Shown here one piece after another: positions 8,507 through 15,787 of a stretch of DNA of 15,787 nucleotides; position 1 is the first letter of the stretch; each line of letters begins with the position of its first letter. The notes under the pieces are model-generated. The model did no database searches and was not told the origin of the DNA. It was given only the letters and a program-made list of their open reading frames with translations. Position numbers and translations under genes: made by a program. Source of the DNA: a bacterium (GTDB lineage: Bacteria; Zhuqueibacterota; Zhuqueibacteria; Oceanimicrobiales; Oceanimicrobiaceae); assembly GCA_046758365.1 (NCBI GenBank), contig JBHIAC010000076.1, forward strand, positions 1 through 15,787, in the 5' to 3' direction.

Positions 8507-9808
8507 ATGTCAAAAAAAATGAAAATTTTAATCTTCTCTGGCGCTGTTCTTGTCATTGCCGCCTTCGTTGTAATTAATTTGACCAAAGCTCGAGGCAAAA
8601 CCATTGAAGTGCAAACCGCTAAAGTGAAAAAAGGCGATATTACACAATTAGTTTCTGGCTCCGGGAAAGTTCAACCGGAGAAAGAAATTAAAATATCTGC
8701 CTTCGTGAGTGCTGAAATTAAAAAATTACACGTCAAAGAAGGTGATAAAGTTAGTGAAGGGGAATTACTAGTTGAGCTTGACCGAACGCGCTATGAGGCT
8801 TCACTGGATCGAGCCAAATCCGATTTAAAATCAGCGAAAGCGAGTCTAAAAAAAGCTAAAAGTGAATTAAAACGTGCTAAGGAACTATATTCAAAAAAAT
8901 TATTTTCTGAGGCTGATTTAGAAGGCGCAGAAGCCAATTACGAATTAGCTGAAAGTACGGTGGAGCAATCTCAGGCCATTTTAAAGCAAGTTAGAGATGA
9001 TTTATCAAAAACTCGCCTAATTTCGCCTATCACCGGCACAGTCGCTAAGTTGAACAAGGAAGAAGGGGAAATTGCCCTAGGCTCGCAATTTCAAGCTGAT
9101 GTAATCATGACAGTAGCCGATTTAACTCGGATGGAAATGGTCGCAGAAATTGATGAAAATGATGTGGTTCTGGTTTCGCTAGGAGACAGTGCTGAAATTG
9201 AAGTGGATGCTTTGCCCGATGAAATTTTTCATGGAATAGTTAGTGAAATTGCCCACACGGCTACGACTCGAGGTCGAGGAACTCAAGAAGAAGTTACTAA
9301 TTTTGATGTAAAAATTTTGATAACCGATAATGTAGAAATACTTCGACCTGGCATGTCGGCGACCGTGGATATTAAAACTGAAACTCACGAAGAAGTTCTT
9401 TACGTGCCCATCCAAGCCATCACGATGAGAGAACCTAAGGATACCACACAGGTTGCAGGAAGATTTAGTAAGAAAACCTGGCGTCGTAAAAAAGGCTCTA
9501 CCAGGGACGAAAATATTGAGGTTTGGGAAGGGGAATCTAATGATAGAGGGAATCAAACTGCTAATAAGGAAAAGCGTGATAAAGATCAAATGGTTCAGGT
9601 AGTCTTTATTGTGGAGGAGGGTAAAGCAAAAATGTTGCCTGTAGATACTGGAATCACAAGCGAAAAAAATGTAGAAGTCATTCGCGGATTGCAGGAAGGT
9701 CAGGAAATCATAACCGGTAGTTTTAGGGCGTTGACTAAATTACTCAAAGATGGCAGTAAGATTAAAATTAACAATAAAGTGAAAAAGTTCAGAAGTAAAG
9801 AGTCATAA
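8507..9808 (+). CDS. Periplasmic adaptor / membrane fusion protein (MacA/YknX-like)
   Basis: N-terminal TM anchor, VKEGDKVSEGELLVELD, coiled-coil hairpin, ISPITGTV, LRPGMSATVDI, GLQEGQEIITG; RBS AAGGAG. Confidence 0.93.
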   Translation: MSKKMKILIFSGAVLVIAAFVVINLTKARGKTIEVQTAKVKKGDITQLVSGSGKVQPEKEIKISAFVSAEIKKLHVKEGDKVSEGELLVELDRTRYEASLDRAKSDLKSAKASLKKAKSELKRAKELYSKKLFSEADLEGAEANYELAESTVEQSQAILKQVRDDLSKTRLISPITGTVAKLNKEEGEIALGSQFQADVIMTVADLTRMEMVAEIDENDVVLVSLGDSAEIEVDALPDEIFHGIVSEIAHTATTRGRGTQEEVTNFDVKILITDNVEILRPGMSATVDIKTETHEEVLYVPIQAITMREPKDTTQVAGRFSKKTWRRKKGSTRDENIEVWEGESNDRGNQTANKEKRDKDQMVQVVFIVEEGKAKMLPVDTGITSEKNVEVIRGLQEGQEIITGSFRALTKLLKDGSKIKINNKVKKFRSKES

Positions 9809-9826
9809 TATTTTCAAGGGAGAATC

Positions 9827-10522
9827 ATGCTGATTGATATTAAAAATTTGGTGAAGATTTATAAATTAGGAACGGTAGAAGTCCCTGCTTTAAGGGGCAT
9901 TGATTTAAAGGTTGATCCCAATGAATACTTAGCAATTATGGGGCCTTCTGGTTCAGGAAAATCAACTTTAATGAACATCCTTGGATGTTTGGATACCCCT
10001 ACAGAGGGATCTTACAATTTTAGTGGTCAAGATGTGAGTAACATGGGTGATGATCAATTGGCAGCCATTCGTAATAAAAAAATTGGTTTTGTATTTCAAA
10101 CCTATAATCTATTACCCCGTGCCACTGCATTGCACAATGTTGAGCTCCCTATGGTTTATAGCGGTATGCCTTCTTCTAAAAGAAAGCAGACAGCCAAGGA
10201 GGCCTTGGAGAGAGTTGGACTTGCAGATCGAATGAATCATAAACCCAACGAACTCTCAGGAGGCCAGCGGCAAAGAGTAGCCATCGCTCGGGCTTTAGTC
10301 AACAATCCATCCATAATTCTAGCGGACGAACCTACAGGTAATTTGGATACAAAAACCGGCGAAGAAATTATGGAAATTTTTAAACATTTATTTGAGCAAG
10401 GTAATACAATTATCTTAGTTACCCATGAAGCTTACATCGCAGAACATGCTAATCGAATCATTCGCTTACTGGATGGAATGATAGAAAGTGATGAGCTAGC
10501 GAAAAGAAACGGGAAACACTGA
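9827..10522 (+). CDS. ABC transporter ATP-binding protein (MacB/LolD/YknY type)
   Basis: Walker [30 protein letters not shown], Walker [16 protein letters not shown]. Confidence 0.96.
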   Translation: MLIDIKNLVKIYKLGTVEVPALRGIDLKVDPNEYLAIMGPSGSGKSTLMNILGCLDTPTEGSYNFSGQDVSNMGDDQLAAIRNKKIGFVFQTYNLLPRATALHNVELPMVYSGMPSSKRKQTAKEALERVGLADRMNHKPNELSGGQRQRVAIARALVNNPSIILADEPTGNLDTKTGEEIMEIFKHLFEQGNTIILVTHEAYIAEHANRIIRLLDGMIESDELAKRNGKH

Positions 10523-10530
10523 GCTGATCA

Positions 10531-10638
10531 GTGGAATGATGGAATGATGGAATTTTGGAATAATATGATGTTTCGCGTGTATGAATTGTTACTTCCACTA
10601 TTCCATTATTCCAACGTTCCATGATTCTATTATTCCAC
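10531..10638. repeat. Inverted array of 8-bp TGGARNNN units, copy 3
   Basis: TGGAATGA TGGAATGA TGGAATTT TGGAATAA (10532-10563); right arm ACTTCCA CTATTCCA TTATTCCA ACGTTCCA TGATTCTA TTATTCCAC (10591-10638). Confidence 0.88.
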
Positions 10639-10681
10639 ATAGAACTTCTAACTTAATATGTTTCAATAACCAAGTGACACT

Positions 10682-11917
10682 ATGACTGCCATACGACTCC
10701 TTGTACAACTTTGGGAAGGCTGTGTTATGGCCTTTACCTCTTTGAAGGCTAATAAGCTGCGTACTATTCTCACGACTCTGGGGATAATCATTGGCGTTTC
10801 CACAGTCATTACCATTTTGACAGTCACTAATGGGCTGGATGATGCCTTTTCCGAGCAGATATCCAGCCTCGGTTCCGACAATCTTTATATTTCCAAACTC
10901 CCCTGGACTGCTGGAATGGAATTTTTCAAATACCGAAATCGAAAAGATATCACATTAAAAGAGGTAAAAGCTATTCAAACACACGCAACATTAACTCGTG
11001 CTGTAGCTCCTTGGGCCTGGACCACTCGTACAGTAAAATACACAAATCAAAGCTTAAATAGGGTCACGGTCGTCGGTACCAATCATGAATATAAAGATGC
11101 GGCGAATGCTTATCCCGAATTCGGACGATTTATGACGCAATTTGAGGTGGAGCACCGTCGAAACGTGTGTGTATTGGGATGGGATGTCGCTGATAAGTTA
11201 TTTCAATATGAAAGCCCTTTAGGGAAAAAAGTATATATCGGCGGATTTCCTTTCAATGTTATTGGAGTTCTCGAAAAGCGAGGGGACATATTAGGAGAAA
11301 ATTTAGATTCGAATATTTATATACCCCTTGGCACATTTCACAAAATTTATGGAACTCGGCGCTCCTTAACGATCCGTGTTAAAGTTTTGGATGCAGCAAT
11401 AATAGATGAAGCAAAAGATGAGCTTAGAGGAATTTTGCGTCGTGTCAGAAAAGTTCCGCCAAACAAAGAAGATGATTTCGCTATCAACCAGCAGGATGTT
11501 CTTGCGAATCTATACGAAAGTTTAACCGCAGGTTTATATGCTGTGGCGGTTGGAATAGGTGCCATTTCATTATTAGTAGGTGGTATAGGCATTATGAATA
11601 TTATGTTGGTGGCCGTTACAGAAAGAACCCGAGAGATTGGAGTTAGAAAGGCCATAGGTGCAAGAAAAAAAGATTTACTATGGCAATTCCTTGTTGAAGC
11701 TGTTGTAATTAGCGCTGTTGGTGGGGTCATTGGAATTGGGTTAGGGTTTGGGCTTGGCAAATTAATTGCAGCCATCTCACCGATTCCAGCCGGCATATCA
11801 CCTTTCGCAGTTGTCGTGGGACTTGGTTTCTCTTCAGCCGTAGGTATATTTTTTGGTCTTTATCCTGCATCCAAAGCTGCTCGGCTTGACCCTATCGATG
11901 CGTTACGATATGAATAG
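10682..11917 (+). CDS. ABC transporter permease, MacB/FtsX family (paralog 1)
   Basis: ANKLRTILTTLGIIIGV, periplasmic domain, LLVGGIGIMNIMLVAVTERTREIGVRKAIGA, YPASKAARLDPIDALRYE. Confidence 0.95.
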   Translation: MTAIRLLVQLWEGCVMAFTSLKANKLRTILTTLGIIIGVSTVITILTVTNGLDDAFSEQISSLGSDNLYISKLPWTAGMEFFKYRNRKDITLKEVKAIQTHATLTRAVAPWAWTTRTVKYTNQSLNRVTVVGTNHEYKDAANAYPEFGRFMTQFEVEHRRNVCVLGWDVADKLFQYESPLGKKVYIGGFPFNVIGVLEKRGDILGENLDSNIYIPLGTFHKIYGTRRSLTIRVKVLDAAIIDEAKDELRGILRRVRKVPPNKEDDFAINQQDVLANLYESLTAGLYAVAVGIGAISLLVGGIGIMNIMLVAVTERTREIGVRKAIGARKKDLLWQFLVEAVVISAVGGVIGIGLGFGLGKLIAAISPIPAGISPFAVVVGLGFSSAVGIFFGLYPASKAARLDPIDALRYE

Positions 11918-11920
11918 AAC

Positions 11921-12025
11921 TAAAAGCTAACCTTCTTATGATTTGAAAAATATTCAGGTTTAAATAACCTATATAACTTCATGAAATATTATTAATAATT
12001 TATTTTGCAAGAAGATTAGCTTTTA
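11921..12025. repeat. 105-bp spacer element bounded by 17-bp inverted repeats
   Basis: TAAAAGCTAACCTTCTT (11921-11937) vs reverse complement of 12009-12025, TAAAAGCTAATCTTCTT: 16/17. AAC on both flanks. Confidence 0.6.
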
Positions 12026-12063
12026 AACAAACTATTACAAAACCTTGTTGAAAATAGTATAAA

Positions 12064-13281
12064 ATGGATTACAGACAAACATTCAATATTGCTCTTGGAG
12101 CCATACGGGCTAACAAACTGCGTTCAATTTTAACGACATTGGGCATTGTGATTGGTGTCTTAACCGTCATTACTATGCAAACCTTTATTCAAGGATTGAA
12201 TAACAATATTAAAAAAGAGTTAGCTGTGATTGGTACCAATACGTTTTATGTCCAAAAATATCCTGCCATTTATTTAGGAGAGTCCAAATATCGTAATCGG
12301 AAAAATATAACGCTAAAAGAAGCTGATGCCATTGAAAAAAGGGCAACTTTAGTCATTATGGTGGCACCAGAGGATTATCGATTTGGTGTAACCATTAGAC
12401 ATGGTAGAGAAAAGACCAATCCAACAGTAATTCTACTTGGCGGAACGCAAGATTGGCACACCACCAACGGAATTTTTGTGGAAGAGGGACGCTTCCTTTC
12501 TGAGTTTGATATTGAACATAAACGTACTGTCTGTGTTCTTGGGATTGAAGTGGTTGAGAAATTGTTTCCCTTTGAAAACGCGGTTGATCAACAGGTTTTA
12601 ATTGATGGTAACAGATTTACTATTGTAGGGGTATTTGAGGAAAAAGGTAGTTTTTTTGGTCAAAACAGGGATAATATTGCTCTAATTCCTATTTCTACAT
12701 TTGAAAAAATTTATGGTGAAAAACGTTCAATAGGCATCGCCGTAAAGGCGATAACTCCGGAAATTTTAGAGGAAGCTATGGATGAGGTTACGGGAATTCT
12801 CCGTGTTGAACGGGGAGTTCCACCAGGGGAGCCAAATGATTTTGAAGTGATAACCAAGGATTCTCTTCTTGAAACCTGGAAGAATCTGACTAACATAGTA
12901 TTTTCAGCCGCCATTGGCATTTGTCTAATTTCTCTCCTCGTTGGAGGAATCGGGGTGATGAATATTATGTTGGTTTCCGTGACCGAACGAACCCGTGAGA
13001 TTGGCATTCGCAAAGCCGTGGGCGCCAAACGCCAAGACATAATGTGGCAGTTTTTGGTAGAGGCGGTTATAATCTGTGAAATCGGGGGTCTGCTTGGAGT
13101 CATTCTGGGTCTTATTTTGGGCAAATTAATTGATGTATTAACTCCTCTGCCGGCTTCGATACCTGTTTGGTCAATCTTTTTAGGCCTTGGCTTTGTTTCT
13201 CTTGTAGGAATTTTCTTTGGAATCTATCCAGCCGCTAAAGCCGCACGTCTCCACCCAATTGCCGCGCTGAGATATGAATAA
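12064..13281 (+). CDS. ABC transporter permease, MacB/FtsX family (paralog 2)
   Basis: ANKLRSILTTLGIVIGV, LLVGGIGVMNIMLVSVTERTREIGIRKAVGA, YPAAKAARLHPIAALRYE. Confidence 0.95.
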   Translation: MDYRQTFNIALGAIRANKLRSILTTLGIVIGVLTVITMQTFIQGLNNNIKKELAVIGTNTFYVQKYPAIYLGESKYRNRKNITLKEADAIEKRATLVIMVAPEDYRFGVTIRHGREKTNPTVILLGGTQDWHTTNGIFVEEGRFLSEFDIEHKRTVCVLGIEVVEKLFPFENAVDQQVLIDGNRFTIVGVFEEKGSFFGQNRDNIALIPISTFEKIYGEKRSIGIAVKAITPEILEEAMDEVTGILRVERGVPPGEPNDFEVITKDSLLETWKNLTNIVFSAAIGICLISLLVGGIGVMNIMLVSVTERTREIGIRKAVGAKRQDIMWQFLVEAVIICEIGGLLGVILGLILGKLIDVLTPLPASIPVWSIFLGLGFVSLVGIFFGIYPAAKAARLHPIAALRYE

Positions 13282-13399
13282 AAAGTTTAGAAAAGGTTTG
13301 CCGTAGATACTCACTAAATTACTCTGATACGATAAAATTTCTCTCCACAAAATATTAAATCATTGACCTGGCTAATAGGAAATTTAGCACATTTTATCC

Positions 13400-13428
13400 T
13401 TGAAAGATAAATTGTTTATTGCTAATTT
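13400..13428 (+). promoter_or_regulatory. Putative sigma70 promoter of the PLP lyase gene
   Basis: TTGAAA (13400-13405), 17 nt, TAATTT (13423-13428) with extended -10 TG; lies within an imperfect inverted repeat. Confidence 0.4.
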
Positions 13429-13476
13429 TCGCTAAATAAAACAAAGTTTATTTACGGAATATAGGAGAACCCATTT

Positions 13477-14634
13477 ATGTCACAAAACTTCAAAAAGCTC
13501 GAAACCAAACTCATCCACGCAGGTGAACCAGAACCACGCATATACGGTGCCGTCAGTATGCCGATATTTCAATCCGCTATGTTTGAATATGCTGGTGAAA
13601 CCAGCTATCATGATCTCAAATACATTCGCTTGAATAATACCCCAAATCATGTGGCCCTGCATCAAAAGCTGGCCGCGTTAGAAAATGCCGAGGCAGCGCT
13701 TGTAACCGCCAGCGGCATGGCAGCGATTTCAACTTCCCTATTAACGGTACTTGCTTCTGGAGACCACGTGCTGGTACAAAATTGTCTCTATGGTGGAACT
13801 CATGATTTCATTACCAAAGATTTTGCATCTTTCGGTATTTCTTATGATTTTATCGATGGTGATGAGCCAGAGACCTGGAAAAACAAATTGCGCCCCAGTA
13901 CCAAAGCAATCTATGTTGAAACAATGACCAACCCGCTGCTGCAAGTTGCCGATCTCAAAGCTGTGGTAGAATTTGCCAGAGAACATGGGCTGGTTTCGCT
14001 CATCGATAACACCTTTGCCAGTCCCATAAATTTCCGTCCGGTGGAATGGGGATTTGATATTTCGCTGCATAGCGGCACTAAGTATCTCAACGGCCATTCG
14101 GATATTGTGGCAGGGGCCGTGATTGGCCGCGCTGATTTGATCGAAAAAATTACCCACAAACTCAACCATCTGGGCGGTTCCCTGGATCCTCATGCCTGTT
14201 TTTTGCTCCATCGCGGTATGAAAACGCTGGCTGTGCGGATGAAATATCAGAATACAAGTGCGCTCAAAATTGCGCAATCTTTAGAACAACATCCGGCGGT
14301 CGCAAAAGTGAACTATCCAGGACTCGAAAGTCATCCTCGATACCAGCGGGCACGTGAATTATTCGATGGCTTCAGTGGTATGTTGAGTTTCGAATTGGCA
14401 GGCGGCCTTGAAGCGGCGGAACGATTTATCAATTACACAACATTACCCATCATTGCCCCAAGTCTGGGCGGCATCGAAACGCTTATTACCCGGCCATCCA
14501 CCACCTCACATTCCGGTATGTCTGTTGAAGACCGGCAGCGGCTGGGAATTACGGACAGTTTGATTCGAGTCTCGGTAGGTATCGAGGCAACCGAAGAGAT
14601 TATCGAAGATTTTGAGCGGGCATTGAATTCTTAG
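13477..14634 (+). CDS. PLP-dependent trans-sulfuration enzyme (cystathionine gamma-lyase/synthase, methionine gamma-lyase family)
   Basis: YIRLNNTPN, ASGMAAI, LYGGT, ETMTNP, IDNTF, PLP-lysine motif HSGTKYLNGHSD, APSLGGIETL, LIRVSVGIE; RBS AGGAG. Confidence 0.93.
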   Translation: MSQNFKKLETKLIHAGEPEPRIYGAVSMPIFQSAMFEYAGETSYHDLKYIRLNNTPNHVALHQKLAALENAEAALVTASGMAAISTSLLTVLASGDHVLVQNCLYGGTHDFITKDFASFGISYDFIDGDEPETWKNKLRPSTKAIYVETMTNPLLQVADLKAVVEFAREHGLVSLIDNTFASPINFRPVEWGFDISLHSGTKYLNGHSDIVAGAVIGRADLIEKITHKLNHLGGSLDPHACFLLHRGMKTLAVRMKYQNTSALKIAQSLEQHPAVAKVNYPGLESHPRYQRARELFDGFSGMLSFELAGGLEAAERFINYTTLPIIAPSLGGIETLITRPSTTSHSGMSVEDRQRLGITDSLIRVSVGIEATEEIIEDFERALNS

Positions 14635-14772
14635 CTTTGTAATAAGCGATGTTTCTGGATCAAATCCATGGAACTTAATCTGTGACTTTATTGCGTATTG
14701 ATCGGAAGGAAAGGCCTTGGACTCGATCAAGATTTTGTGTGTTGCTGGAGTGGGACTGTAAAATGAACCTAT

Positions 14773-15750
14773 TTATTGATTAGTACTGCTCGCTCGGAAG
14801 ATTTCCGAATCAGAGTGAAAGCTCATCCACCCGTATTCATAGGCAAGAACTCCCGGCAGTAGGTTACCCTCACTATCTTCGGCCCAAGCCGTTAAGGCTT
14901 CTTTTATGTAATGGATTGTGACCTTTTTCCCTTCGAATTCAAGCATCAGTGGTATTTTGGAGTCATTTAGTTCCCGAAAGGGGAAGAACATTGCTTTACT
15001 GCCCAATACAAGCCCAAGTCCTAAGGATGCAGTATCGTGGTTTTTGGACCGGTTTTTGGGGCGTGGCGTGCCGGGTTTCCAGTTACGGTATAGATAAGGC
15101 CGGCCACTTTGTCCCTCAACTATCCAAACCCGAGTGTTTGGGTGAGATGCGCGCCAGTGCTTCCAGGTGGTCTGAATGGAGGGTACCAATGTAAGAGGGG
15201 TTCCCGTAAGTGGCCCGCTTACAGCTTTACCATGCAGTTGCGACCAGATGCTTCTAGTTTCTCGATCTACTATCAGTAAGTTGTTTTTAACGAGTCCTTC
15301 TGCGAAGTCGAAAGTCAGCTCATTGTCGACAACACGACGGGCGTACACGACGCCTGATGCGGTCAGCGGTCACCAAGTGGGGGCGATGGGAGAGTCGCCA
15401 ACTCGGTCGTCCACGATTTCATACAACGAGAGGTATCGAATCGGATAGGCCATGGCTTGACCGTCAATAACCACGCCTATGACAAGATCTTGGTCATTTA
15501 AAGAAGCCTCCTGGGCTTCTATTGCCAAAATACCTACTGGTACCTCATGAACGGCAACCTCTACTTCCTCCATAGGGCCTCCAGGAATTTTCTGCATGAG
15601 GCCTTTTACTGACTTGGGCGCCGAAGGAAGTGACGCTTGAGAAGAAGTTGTCCGAGTTTGTTTCTGGGATGATTCCATAGAGGGAGGCTTAGTACAAGCA
15701 AGCGCAAGTAAGGTAAAAATCATTATAACGAATGTAAATTGATGATACAT
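14773..15750 (-). CDS. DUF3179-family selenoprotein, 325 aa, in-frame UGA read as Sec at codon 127; probable lipoprotein
   Basis: The two listed ORFs share a frame. Joined: ...AMAYPIRYLSLYEIVDDRVGDSPIAPTW-[TGA 15372-15370]-PLTASGVVYARR...NNLLIVDRETRSIWSQLHGKAVSGPLTG...TTWKHWRASHPNT. This matches DUF3179 motifs I recall, with TGA at the Cys of 'TYCPL'. RBS AGGAGGT at 15761-15755; LALA-C19 signal. Confidence 0.88.
15340..15372 (-). promoter_or_regulatory. Sec codon plus putative bacterial SECIS hairpin
   Basis: mRNA: UGA, 15 nt (CCGCUGACCGCAUCA), GGCGU-[CGUGU]-ACGCC. The loop starts 20 nt after UGA and has G then U near its 5' side. Confidence 0.65.
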
Positions 15751-15787
15751 GTTTACCTCCTATTTTCATAAAACTTTTAACACTATC

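Noticed and set aside
6754..10638. CRISPR interpretation of the periodic repeats
   Set aside because: Units are 8 bp, tandem, degenerate and inverted, with no unique spacers between units and no cas genes.
13282..13476. SAM riboswitch or T-box leader upstream of the trans-sulfuration gene
   Set aside because: Very AT-rich, with no recognisable SAM-I core or T-box sequence.
11347..14277. Antisense ORFs 11347-11796, 12711-13124, 13741-14277 and similar short ones across the window
   Set aside because: Shadows of well-supported genes on the opposite strand, with no recognisable motifs.
14698..14730. Bidirectional terminator between the convergent genes (TTGATCG...CGATCAA)
   Set aside because: The stem is interrupted and the U-tracts are weak; not enough support.
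14773..15348. Stand-alone 191-aa ORF with GTG start and separate 126-aa upstream ORF
   Set aside because: No RBS before the GTG, same frame, and the split cuts a conserved domain at its Cys position; better explained as one Sec gene.
15370..15372. Genome-wide UGA reassignment to Trp or Gly
   Set aside because: TGA ends ubiB (3612-3614) at its expected C-terminus and also ends the ATPase (10520-10522). No other gene has an internal TGA, and Trp uses TGG.

Overview
AT-rich chromosomal window from a Gram-negative bacterium (it encodes TolC; a KSB1/Calditrichota-like lineage is only my impression). The + strand carries the 3' end of ppdK, an MtnX-like HAD phosphatase, a UbiB/AarF kinase, a decayed GxxExxY remnant inside nested inverted repeats, a tRNA nucleotidyltransferase with HD domain, a six-gene export operon (Yip1 protein, TolC, periplasmic adaptor, ATPase, two MacB/FtsX permeases) and a PLP-dependent trans-sulfuration lyase. 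Main finding: the two minus-strand ORFs 15370..15750 and 14773..15348 are in one frame, separated by a single TGA at the position of the conserved Cys of DUF3179 proteins and followed by a SECIS-like hairpin. They most likely form one 325-aa exported (lipo)selenoprotein with a UxxT motif. Most intergenic spacers from 3.6 to 12 kb hold inverted-repeat elements of several types (8-bp-period arrays, a REP-containing MITE-like element with flanking direct repeats, nested GxxExxY-associated repeats).
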